A DNA stretch of 64,000 bases from the NCBI GenBank assembly GCA_045606105.1, contig JAZURI010000002.1:256001-320000 (forward strand), in the 5' to 3' direction. This document shows positions 18,580-27,242 of this stretch, piece after piece. The first letter of the stretch is position 1, and each line of letters opens with the position of its first letter. A program made the position numbers and the translations under genes. The DNA is from Spirochaetia bacterium. Its GTDB lineage: Bacteria; Spirochaetota; Spirochaetia; CADAEX01. The notes beneath the pieces are model-generated. The model searched no databases. It was not told the DNA's origin and saw only the letters and a program-made list of their open reading frames with translations.

Positions 18580-19425
18580 TTATTCAATAATAAAAGTCCT
18601 GCCGAGATGGAAAAAGATACTGTGCGAAAGATATCTTCTTACCGATTCAAAAAGGACTCTTCTTTCCACATCCTTACCCATTCTGGTAAACTCATCCACG
18701 GAGCATGTATCGGAAACCCTGATCACATCCTGGAAGATGATAGGCCCCTGGTCAAGGTCTGCTGTGGCGAAATGACCTGTGGCACCGATGATCTTCACCC
18801 CTTTCTGCCATGCCTGATGATAAGGCTTTGCCCCCTTGAAGGCGGGAAGGAATCCGTGATGGATATTGATGACCTTGTTGGCCCAGCGCTCGCAGAAGCC
18901 TGCACTGAGAACCTGCATGTAACGGGCCAGCACCACCATATCGATGTTGTAGTGGGCAAGTATGCTCTCCAGATCCTTTTCGTACTCCTCCTTTCCCTTG
19001 AACGGATCAACCTGGAAGAAAGGAATATGGAAAGAGGTGGCAATATGAGCCAGCTCCGAATGATTTGAAATGATTACGGGAATCTCGCAGTCCAGTTCTC
19101 CGTCCGCATGCTTGAGAAGCAGCTCGTAGAGACAGTGGCTGGTTTTTGATACCAGGACTGCTACCCTTTTTTTCTCGCTCCTGTCGTAGATGTTCCAGTT
19201 GAGGTTGAATCCGGTTCCCAGCTTGTCAAATTCATTCCTGAATTCCTCCTCGACAAAGCCCTCCTGAGCCACGAATACAACACGGCAGAAAAACATTCCC
19301 AGATCTGTAGCGGTATGCTGGGCAAGATTGAGAATATTGCCCCTGTTGGAGGCAATGCAGTTGGTAACAGCCGCAATAAGTCCGTTCTGGTCCTGACAGG
19401 TTACTGTAAGAATGTATGATTTCAT
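18580..19425 (-). CDS. purU: Formyltetrahydrofolate deformylase
   Basis: N-terminal ACT domain; VSKTSHCL, LARYMQ, INIHHGFLPAFKGAKPY, GVKIIGAT; GAGGAG SD. Confidence 0.96.
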   Translation of the reverse strand: MKSYILTVTCQDQNGLIAAVTNCIASNRGNILNLAQHTATDLGMFFCRVVFVAQEGFVEEEFRNEFDKLGTGFNLNWNIYDRSEKKRVAVLVSKTSHCLYELLLKHADGELDCEIPVIISNHSELAHIATSFHIPFFQVDPFKGKEEYEKDLESILAHYNIDMVVLARYMQVLSAGFCERWANKVINIHHGFLPAFKGAKPYHQAWQKGVKIIGATGHFATADLDQGPIIFQDVIRVSDTCSVDEFTRMGKDVERRVLFESVRRYLSHSIFFHLGRTFIIE

Positions 19426-19472
19426 AGTCTCCTCAATATACAATAATCCTTAAAAAAAGAAAATAGTTTTAA

Positions 19473-20573
19473 TCAATATCGGAATGTAATTCCACCCCCC
19501 AGAAGCATTCCGCCGAACTCATCATATTCGTCATCATGGTCCGGAAGCCAGGTGGCATAACCGCATTCGCCCGAAATCAGGATATGGTCTCCAGCAGGAA
19601 ATCCAGCCGTAAGCTTCATGCTTCCGCCCGTATAGCAGAACTCCCCTCCGGTACTTCCCCGCCCGATGGTAACAAGTGCGGAAATTTCGGTCTTTCCGAA
19701 ACGGCGCATGGTCTTGAGTCCTCCGTAAAGACAGAAGAGTCCATCCCCGAAATCGTTATATTCAATTCCTGTTACGGGTCTGAAGGAGAGAAATCCCCTG
19801 AAATATTCCTGATAAGCTCCGAAGCAGCTCACTCCGTCGCCGAAGATATAGTCATAGTACAGATTCGTACCGAAGCCGGCAAGCCTGATTCTTTCAGCCC
19901 TGTCCCCCACCATTACCTTTTTATCAAGCCAGGCCGCCTGGACAAAGGTTATGTCGTCCCTGACCTTGACGGCAAAGAGCTTTCCCTTTTTCTCCCCGTC
20001 TGCTGCCGAGAAAAGGCGGAATTCATCCCCCTTCCGGACCTTGTCCTTCCGGCCGCAGTCAAGTACATATTCTCCCGAATATATTCCAGCAACCTGCCAC
20101 AGGGACTGATCCCGGCTGATACCGTCCATGATCCGGACCACACTCAGGGCTCCGTTTCCGAAGCACATTTCCAGGGCCTCATCCTCATCTTTTCCTGTTC
20201 CGGCTGCAGTGAAAACAGTTTCGGAAAGCAGTTCCGGACCTCTGAAAAGGGTATATCTGAACTCCAGGCTTATGAAAAGCCCCTCCGGATATTCCATTCT
20301 GTCGGCCTTTGTTATTTCCTGGATAACCACGAATACACCTGAACCGGCATCGTAGTCCCCACCGTTTCCCGATATGTATCCTGCCCTGCGGAAGCTGCAG
20401 TCCCCTTTGACAAAAGGCTGCTCCATGAGGTAATAGCTCTGATGGCTCCTGATATCACCGGCATCGATTTCCGGGGATAAAGGGGCTTCCGCCAGGATGA
20501 TTTCCGTTTTCTCATCCAGAGAAAAGAGAAGGACAGGCAGAAACAGAAAAATGAGAAACAGGTATTTTTTCAA
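19473..20573 (-). CDS. Exported hypothetical protein, probable C-terminal beta-barrel/outer-membrane domain
   Basis: Signal peptide; FlgT_C-like central segment (LDCG..D.V.KGD.F); Gly/aromatic alternating strands ending GGGITFRY. Confidence 0.7.
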   Translation of the reverse strand: MKKYLFLIFLFLPVLLFSLDEKTEIILAEAPLSPEIDAGDIRSHQSYYLMEQPFVKGDCSFRRAGYISGNGGDYDAGSGVFVVIQEITKADRMEYPEGLFISLEFRYTLFRGPELLSETVFTAAGTGKDEDEALEMCFGNGALSVVRIMDGISRDQSLWQVAGIYSGEYVLDCGRKDKVRKGDEFRLFSAADGEKKGKLFAVKVRDDITFVQAAWLDKKVMVGDRAERIRLAGFGTNLYYDYIFGDGVSCFGAYQEYFRGFLSFRPVTGIEYNDFGDGLFCLYGGLKTMRRFGKTEISALVTIGRGSTGGEFCYTGGSMKLTAGFPAGDHILISGECGYATWLPDHDDEYDEFGGMLLGGGITFRY

Positions 20574-20574
20574 G

Positions 20575-21822
20575 TCAGACCCCGCTCCGTACCAGATTGA
20601 TTATCACATCCACAGCCCTGAGCATGGCCGGTACAGCCACCCACTCCTTCTTCCCGTGGAAATTCTGCCCTCCGGTGAAGATATTGGGACAGGGATATCC
20701 CAGCTCGCTGAGCCTGGCACCGTCGGTACCGCCTCTGATAAGCTTGTATGAAAATTCAATACCGCTGTCGGAAACTGCCTTTTCCAGAAGATCGAGACAT
20801 TTCCGGTTGTCCCTTATATACTCATACATGTTTGAATAGCTGCAGCTGAATTCCAGATTGATTTCAGCCTCCGGGTAGATGCTTTTCAGGGTCTCTCCGG
20901 CCTGCTCCATTATCTTTATGCGCCTTTCCATTCCTGCGGTATCAAAATCCCTGAGAATAAATACAATTTCGCAGCTTTCGATATCTCCCCTGAAGGAGGT
21001 AACGCAGAAATAGCCCTCTCTTCCGTCTGTGGATTCAGGCACCTCGTGGGCCGGCAGCATGGAAATGAGCCTGGAACCGAGAAATGCAGCATTGACCATT
21101 TTCCCCCTGGCGGTGCCGGGATGGATGGATACCCCTTTTATGGAAACCGAAGCCCTGTATGCATTGAAGCATTCGGCCTCGATGCAACCCTCGGTATCGC
21201 CGTCCACCGTATAGATATAATCGGAGGTGATCTTTTTCAGAGGAAACCTGTCGGTTCCCATACCTATTTCCTCGTCCGGGGTAATGAATATTTCCATTGA
21301 ATTGCGCTTTACCTCGGGATGAGCCATGAACCAGGATACTGCTGTCAGGATTTCAGCAATACCGGCCTTGTCATCGGCCCCCAGGAGAGTGGTTCCGTCG
21401 GCAGTGATAAGGGTTTCTCCCCTGTATTTCAGAAGAAGAGGAAAATCCTCCGGAGATATAACCACATTCCCTTTGAGTTTAATAGGATTTCCCTTGTATC
21501 TCCGGTGAATCACAGGCTTTACATCCTTCCCGGAAACCTCAGGTGATGTGTCGGCATGGGATATGAAGCCGAAGGTCTTTTCACCCTCCCCTGCATTGCC
21601 CGGAAGAAAGGCCCTGAGATAACCGTTCCTGTCCACACGGGCATCCTTTACCCCCATGGCCTTCAGCTCGGCGGCAATCATCTTTACCAGCTGTGTCTGT
21701 CCCTCTGTAGTAGGACAAACCTTTCCTCCGTTTTCCTCACAGGAGGTGGTTTCTGTTTTTACATAACTGATAAATCTGTCAACAAGCTCTTTTTCAAAGA
21801 GGGAAATATCTTCATTTCTCAT
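20575..21822 (-). CDS. pepT: Peptidase T (tripeptide aminopeptidase)
   Basis: [35 protein letters not shown]. Confidence 0.96.
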   Translation of the reverse strand: MRNEDISLFEKELVDRFISYVKTETTSCEENGGKVCPTTEGQTQLVKMIAAELKAMGVKDARVDRNGYLRAFLPGNAGEGEKTFGFISHADTSPEVSGKDVKPVIHRRYKGNPIKLKGNVVISPEDFPLLLKYRGETLITADGTTLLGADDKAGIAEILTAVSWFMAHPEVKRNSMEIFITPDEEIGMGTDRFPLKKITSDYIYTVDGDTEGCIEAECFNAYRASVSIKGVSIHPGTARGKMVNAAFLGSRLISMLPAHEVPESTDGREGYFCVTSFRGDIESCEIVFILRDFDTAGMERRIKIMEQAGETLKSIYPEAEINLEFSCSYSNMYEYIRDNRKCLDLLEKAVSDSGIEFSYKLIRGGTDGARLSELGYPCPNIFTGGQNFHGKKEWVAVPAMLRAVDVIINLVRSGV

Positions 21823-22361
21823 TTTTTCTTTCCTTTTCTGCCGAGAATATCAAAAAATCCCTGAACAATGAATCTTATTCCGAAGAACATGACTGCAAAG
21901 ACAACCAGAACTCCGGGGAAGCCGAAACGGGAAGTAAACCTGCTCAGGACCACGGCTGCAATAAAGACTGCCAGTCCGGTAAAAATATTTCCGTAACCGG
22001 AAATTTCCTTCTGAACCTTCTTTCCGGCGGTTCTTCCCCGGAACTGTGATATGGTACTGCTGAAAAAGTAATTGAAGGCACCCACGAACTCATCAGCCGA
22101 GTAGTTTTCGTAGGGATTTCTCCATCCCCCCGATTCACCGGTGGTCTTCCGCCTGAACATTTCGGCATCGTACTGGGATCTCTGTCCCGCATCGCTGAGA
22201 ACTGCATAGGCACAGCTTATTTTCCTGAATTTATTCTCCGCTTCCTTATCTCCCGGATTGAAATCGGGATGATATTTCATGGCAAGCTCATGATAGGCCT
22301 TTTTTATTTCATCTGTAGTGGCACTTCTGTTCACGCCCAATACATCATATAAATCTTCCAT
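21819..22361 (-). CDS. J-domain protein with two C-terminal TM helices
   Basis: [18 protein letters not shown]-domain; hydrophobic C-terminus. Confidence 0.88.
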   Translation of the reverse strand: MEDLYDVLGVNRSATTDEIKKAYHELAMKYHPDFNPGDKEAENKFRKISCAYAVLSDAGQRSQYDAEMFRRKTTGESGGWRNPYENYSADEFVGAFNYFFSSTISQFRGRTAGKKVQKEISGYGNIFTGLAVFIAAVVLSRFTSRFGFPGVLVVFAVMFFGIRFIVQGFFDILGRKGKKK

Positions 22362-22433
22362 GTATCAAAGATAACACATTTTATATAGACGATAAAAGCA
22401 TTTTTATAGTAAAATGATTGAAAAGGAAAAAAA

Positions 22434-23753
22434 ATGGAAAAAATTAAAATCAATTACAGAATCTGGAGCAGACTTTCCGACAGACAGAAGGAAAAGATTT
22501 TTTCCAGAAGCGAAATCAATATAAACGAAATCAGGGAAACCGTAGAAAAGATCATTTCCCGTGTAAAGAGATACAAGGATAAAGCCCTGGTGGAATATGC
22601 GGCAAAATTTGACAAGGCCGATCTGACAGCTCTTCCGCTGAGGGTACAGGAGAAGGAATTTGAGGAGGCTGAAAGGTCTCTTTCGCCTGAGCTTAAGAAG
22701 GCTCTGGAATTCTCCATTGAAAATGTCAGGAAATTCCATGTGGCAAACCGTCCGGCAGAGCATCCTGCCATTGAGGTATGTCCGGGAATCACAGCCTGTG
22801 AAAAGATGACACCGATAGAATCTGCCGGTCTCTATATACCGAGAGGAAGAGGAAGCTTCCCTTCCATGCTTTACATGCTGGGAGTTCCTGCGGTGGAAGC
22901 CGGTGTAAAAAGGGTCTGTGTCGTAACTCCTCCGAATCCGGACGGCAGTGTGGATGCAGCCTGTCTTTATGCGGCAAAGCTCTGCGGAATCTCAGAGGTG
23001 TACAGAACCGGAGGTGCCCAGGCAATAGCGGCCCTGGCTTACGGAACAGAATCCATAAAGCCTGTGGTAAAGGTTGTGGGACCGGGAAGCAAGTATGTTG
23101 CTGCTGCAAAAAGGATTCTTTACGGAAAGATTGATGTGGGCCTTCCTGCAGGACCTTCCGAATCCATTCTCCTGGCAGATGAAACGGCAGATCCGTATCT
23201 GGCTGCCGTTGACCTCATGGTTGAGGCTGAACACGGCTCCGACTCATCTGCCCTCCTTGTAACCCCTTCAAAAAAGACTGCGGATGAAGTTCTCAGGCAT
23301 CTGAAAAAGCTGATTCCCGAAATTCCCGAACCAAGAAATACCTTCCTTTCCGATGTTTTCGGAGGATACGGCGGAATCATTCTTACTGAAAACATGGATG
23401 AGGCCTGCGATATCGTAAACATGTTTGCTCCGGAGCACCTGGAGATCATGACTGAAAATCCGGCCGCCACAGCAGAAAAGATAACCAATGCGGGAGAAAT
23501 TCTCCTGGGAGCCCATACACCGTTCTCCGCAGCAAATTACGCTACAGGTCCCAATGCGGTTCTCCCTACCGGCGGAACAGCAAAAACCTTCTCTCCGGTT
23601 TCCATCAGGGACTTCGTGAAATTCACATCGGTAATCGAAGCAGACAGGAACGGATACGATGCAGTGGCACCTCATGTGGAGGCTATTGCTGATTACGAGG
23701 GATTTATCACACATGGAAATGCATTCAAGCTCAGAAAGCTTTACAAGCCTTGA
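22434..23753 (+). CDS. Histidinol dehydrogenase homolog (non-canonical active site)
   Basis: GLYIPRG, GGAQAIAALAYGTESI, GPSE and PEHL are present, but it has EAEH, ANY and NAVLPT where canonical HisD has QAEH, GDY and NHVLPT. Confidence 0.85.
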   Translation: MEKIKINYRIWSRLSDRQKEKIFSRSEININEIRETVEKIISRVKRYKDKALVEYAAKFDKADLTALPLRVQEKEFEEAERSLSPELKKALEFSIENVRKFHVANRPAEHPAIEVCPGITACEKMTPIESAGLYIPRGRGSFPSMLYMLGVPAVEAGVKRVCVVTPPNPDGSVDAACLYAAKLCGISEVYRTGGAQAIAALAYGTESIKPVVKVVGPGSKYVAAAKRILYGKIDVGLPAGPSESILLADETADPYLAAVDLMVEAEHGSDSSALLVTPSKKTADEVLRHLKKLIPEIPEPRNTFLSDVFGGYGGIILTENMDEACDIVNMFAPEHLEIMTENPAATAEKITNAGEILLGAHTPFSAANYATGPNAVLPTGGTAKTFSPVSIRDFVKFTSVIEADRNGYDAVAPHVEAIADYEGFITHGNAFKLRKLYKP

Positions 23754-25071
23754 AGATGCTTTTCTCTACATAGAAAATTTTGCAAATCTTGAGCGGAGTC
23801 CCGAGCTTTCCGGCCATGAATACAAGCTGGAAAGAATGGGGCTGATGCTTGATTATTTCGGCCGGCCGGAAAAGGCTTTCAATACTGTCCATATTGCAGG
23901 CTCCAAAGGGAAGGGCTCAACCACGGCCATCTGCGGTGCAATACTGGAAAATCACGGATTCAAAACCGGCATGTTCACCTCTCCCCATCTGATTTCATAC
24001 ACCGAAAGGATAACCCTGGCAGGAAAACCCTTTGAGGATAATGTATATCTCAGGGAAATAAACAGGATAAAGAGAGCTCTGGAAACAGAGAACATTACGG
24101 GAAACCTGGGGAGACCCACCACCTTCGAGCTGCTGACTCTTCTGGCATTCCTCATATTCAGAGAGGAAAAATGCAGCTGGGCCGTTATAGAAACAGGTCT
24201 GGGAGGAAGGCTGGACTGCACCAATCTCATTGTTCCCCGGGCATCTGTAATAACCACCATAGAACTGGAACACTGTGACATACTGGGAGATACCTATGAA
24301 AGGATTGCCTGTGAAAAAGGGGGCATAATCAAGGAGGGAATCCCGGTTTTCGTACAGAAGCAGAGGCCGGAAGCGGCAGATGTACTGAAACGGCAGGCCA
24401 TGGAGAAAAATGCCCCCTTCCATATGGCTGAAGCTGAAAATATCCCCGAAATCCTTGAAACAGGAACCGACGGAACCCTGTTCGGCCTGAATATACCGGG
24501 TCTGGGATACTCGGAATACAGAACAAATCTTACCGGAATCTTTCAGGGAGATAACATTTTTATCGCACTTTTTGCTCTTTCCTCCGTTGTTCCGGGCTTT
24601 GATGCCGAAAAAGGGAAAAAGGGACTCCTCAATGTCAGGCTTGAAGGAAGAATGGAAATAAAAGGCAATGCCCCGCCGGTTGTCATTGACGGCTCCCATA
24701 CAGAAGCCAGTGTCACGAAGCTTCTGGATTCTGTCCGGAGTATTTTCGGCGAGGGTGGGATACTTGTTTTCGGAAGCGTGAAAGGGAAAAATTTCAGAGG
24801 GATGGTCGATATACTGTTCAGCCATTTCCGGGATATAATAATTTCAAGACCCCGGGGCTACAAGGAGGCTGATACGGGAGAAATCTTCAGCTATGCATTG
24901 AAAAGGTTTCCGGAAAAAAGGATACTGCATATTGAAAACTGCCGGGAGGCTCTGGAAAAAGCCCTGGAGCTGTCGGAAAACAGGATTCCGGTCATTGTAA
25001 CAGGCTCCTTCTATCTGGCCGGGGCAATAAAGGAAATCCTCAACGGAAAGGATAAGAAGAATGTCACTTAA
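23713..25071 (+). CDS. folC: Folylpolyglutamate synthase/dihydrofolate synthase
   Basis: HIAGSKGKGST, TSPHL, ETGLGGRLD.TN, EKGGIIK, GSFYL. Start approximate (23713 or 23719). Confidence 0.93.
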   Translation: MEMHSSSESFTSLEDAFLYIENFANLERSPELSGHEYKLERMGLMLDYFGRPEKAFNTVHIAGSKGKGSTTAICGAILENHGFKTGMFTSPHLISYTERITLAGKPFEDNVYLREINRIKRALETENITGNLGRPTTFELLTLLAFLIFREEKCSWAVIETGLGGRLDCTNLIVPRASVITTIELEHCDILGDTYERIACEKGGIIKEGIPVFVQKQRPEAADVLKRQAMEKNAPFHMAEAENIPEILETGTDGTLFGLNIPGLGYSEYRTNLTGIFQGDNIFIALFALSSVVPGFDAEKGKKGLLNVRLEGRMEIKGNAPPVVIDGSHTEASVTKLLDSVRSIFGEGGILVFGSVKGKNFRGMVDILFSHFRDIIISRPRGYKEADTGEIFSYALKRFPEKRILHIENCREALEKALELSENRIPVIVTGSFYLAGAIKEILNGKDKKNVT

Positions 25072-26455
25072 TTCTGCAGAAATAAATCTCATAATCAAGG
25101 AACTCAATCCGACAGGAAACTATGTACAGAAAATAATACAGCCCGATTTTCATTCACTGATATTCGCAATCTATTCAGCCTCCGAGAGATACAATCTCAT
25201 TGTCTCCATGAAGCCGGGAACCACAAGGATTCACAGGTACCGCGGAAGAATTCCAAAGGCAGAAAAGCTGCAGCGCTTTTCACAGTTTCTCAGGTCCAGG
25301 ATTCTGGGAGGGAAAATAACCGAATTCTCCCAGCCGGGAAACGACAGAATAGTAAAGATGACTGTGAGCCGCGGAGGAGAACCCACTACTCTCTGGATCA
25401 GGCTCTGGGGCGGAAATTCCAATATCATAGCCGTGGACCGGGCAAACATCATTCTTGACAGCTACTACAGAAGACCTGCACGGAACGAGGTTTCGGGAGC
25501 AGAGCTGATATACGAAATCAAGGAAAAGGATCAGAGTGCCTTCAAGGTAAGACCTTATCCGCAGGAAACTGATTTCAACACATTCATAGACCGTCATTAT
25601 TACGAGCTGGAATACAATGAACTTCTGAAGCAGCTCAGGGAACAGGCCGCAGCTCTTGTTTCCAGAACAATATCCAGGCTTGAAATAAAGCTGGCAGGAA
25701 CAGCCACCCTTCTGGAGAAATACGGAAATTTCGAGCAGTTCAGACAGTACGGAGAGCTTATTCTCAGCAACTGCAGAAGCATAGGACGGGGCGATTCCTA
25801 TCTGGAAACAGAGAATTACTATAACGAGAATGAAATAATAAGGATACCGCTGGATACCAGGCTTACTCCCGGAGAAAACAGCGAAAAGTACTTTCACAGA
25901 TACAAGAAGGCCAAGAACGGACTGGAGCTGCTGAAGGATGAAAGACAGAACCTGGAATCAAGGCTGAAGGGACTGGAGACAACACGCAGGGAGCTGGCTG
26001 AGGAAACCGATATTTCCGTACTCAGGGAGTGGCTCAGCAAGGAACGGGAGCTTCAGAGCAAGGTAGTGGTCAGGCAGATTCCGGGACTGCAGTTTACGTC
26101 CGGGGGCTTTTCGATCTATGCAGGCCGTACAGCAAAAGAAAATGATGAGCTGCTGAGAAAGCATGTCAGGGGAAATGATTACTGGCTCCATACCAGGGAC
26201 TATCCGGGCGGATACATATTCATCAGAACTGCAAAAGGAAAATCGGTACCTCTGGATACCCTGCTGGATGCGGGGAATCTTGCAGTGCATTTCAGCAAGG
26301 GAAAAAACAATCACAGGGCCGATGTCTATTATACACAGGTAAAATATCTCAGGAGAGCAAAGGACGGTCCTACAGGACTGGTTATTCCTACACAGGAAAA
26401 GAACCTCTCCATAACCAGGGATGAAGGAAGACTGAAGCGTCTTCTGGGAGAATGA
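25061..26455 (+). CDS. NFACT/RqcH (FbpA) family ribosome quality control protein
   Basis: NFACT-N DRIV motif, coiled coil with N..KYF..YKKAK, NFACT-R GR.AKENDEL..WLH.RDYPG. Confidence 0.88.
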   Translation: MSLNSAEINLIIKELNPTGNYVQKIIQPDFHSLIFAIYSASERYNLIVSMKPGTTRIHRYRGRIPKAEKLQRFSQFLRSRILGGKITEFSQPGNDRIVKMTVSRGGEPTTLWIRLWGGNSNIIAVDRANIILDSYYRRPARNEVSGAELIYEIKEKDQSAFKVRPYPQETDFNTFIDRHYYELEYNELLKQLREQAAALVSRTISRLEIKLAGTATLLEKYGNFEQFRQYGELILSNCRSIGRGDSYLETENYYNENEIIRIPLDTRLTPGENSEKYFHRYKKAKNGLELLKDERQNLESRLKGLETTRRELAEETDISVLREWLSKERELQSKVVVRQIPGLQFTSGGFSIYAGRTAKENDELLRKHVRGNDYWLHTRDYPGGYIFIRTAKGKSVPLDTLLDAGNLAVHFSKGKNNHRADVYYTQVKYLRRAKDGPTGLVIPTQEKNLSITRDEGRLKRLLGE

Positions 26456-26456
26456 C

Positions 26457-27242
26457 ATGACAAGAGAATCAATAGTAGAAGGAATTTTTTATCCGGCTGA
26501 CAGGGATGCACTTGAAAATGAAATAAAATCACTGCTGGAATCGGCGGCTGCAGCACCGGGAGAAGCGGCAGGGATACTGGTTCCCCATGCCGGTTACAGA
26601 TACACCGGAAAAACGGCGGCCGAGGCCTTCCGGGCCTGTTCTCTCAGAAAGGTGAACCTGGCCGTGGTTATTTCTCCTGTAACCAGAGACCCTGAAGATG
26701 GTATCTTTCTTTCCGATTACCGGTTTTTCGAAACTCCTCTGGGCAGAATCAAAACCGACACGGAATCAACCGAGGCCCTTCTTAAACGGGGAGGCCGTTT
26801 TGTAAAGGATAATTTTCCCTTCATGGAGGAGCACAGCATAGAGGTACAGCTTCCTTTCATACAGCACCTTTTTCCCGATGCCATGTTGCTGCCGGTACAT
26901 GTGGGCAGACAGAACAGCGGAACAATCAGACAGCTTATAAAGGGACTTCGGGAGCTTTTCGGAAAAAGAGAGGATATCCTTTATGTAGCTTCAGGCAATA
27001 TAAGCGGATACCTGCCTGAAAAAGGGGCACGGGAACAGGCTGAAGCCTTCAAGGAGCTTGTTTTGGAAAACAGCCATGAAAAGATAACGGAGCAGCTTCT
27101 GACAAGAAATATTCTCCCCTCCTGTACAGGGTGCATGGCTGCAGTCATGGCAATGTGCGGTAACAGAAACATTTCCATAGCGGCTGAAAACAATTCCGGA
27201 GATGATAAAAGGGTTTACTACGCAGCTGCTGTCCTGAACTGA
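26457..27242 (+). CDS. MEMO1 family protein (AmmeMemoRadiSam protein B-like)
   Basis: G.FYP, PHAGY, TPLG, EHSIEVQLPF. Confidence 0.88.
   Translation: MTRESIVEGIFYPADRDALENEIKSLLESAAAAPGEAAGILVPHAGYRYTGKTAAEAFRACSLRKVNLAVVISPVTRDPEDGIFLSDYRFFETPLGRIKTDTESTEALLKRGGRFVKDNFPFMEEHSIEVQLPFIQHLFPDAMLLPVHVGRQNSGTIRQLIKGLRELFGKREDILYVASGNISGYLPEKGAREQAEAFKELVLENSHEKITEQLLTRNILPSCTGCMAAVMAMCGNRNISIAAENNSGDDKRVYYAAAVLN

Noticed and set aside
19536-20342. 268-aa antisense ORF (likewise 23995-24825, 7572-8195, 8815-9522 and 59629-60366)
   Set aside because: These lie opposite well-supported genes and look like codon-bias shadow frames; no family motifs.
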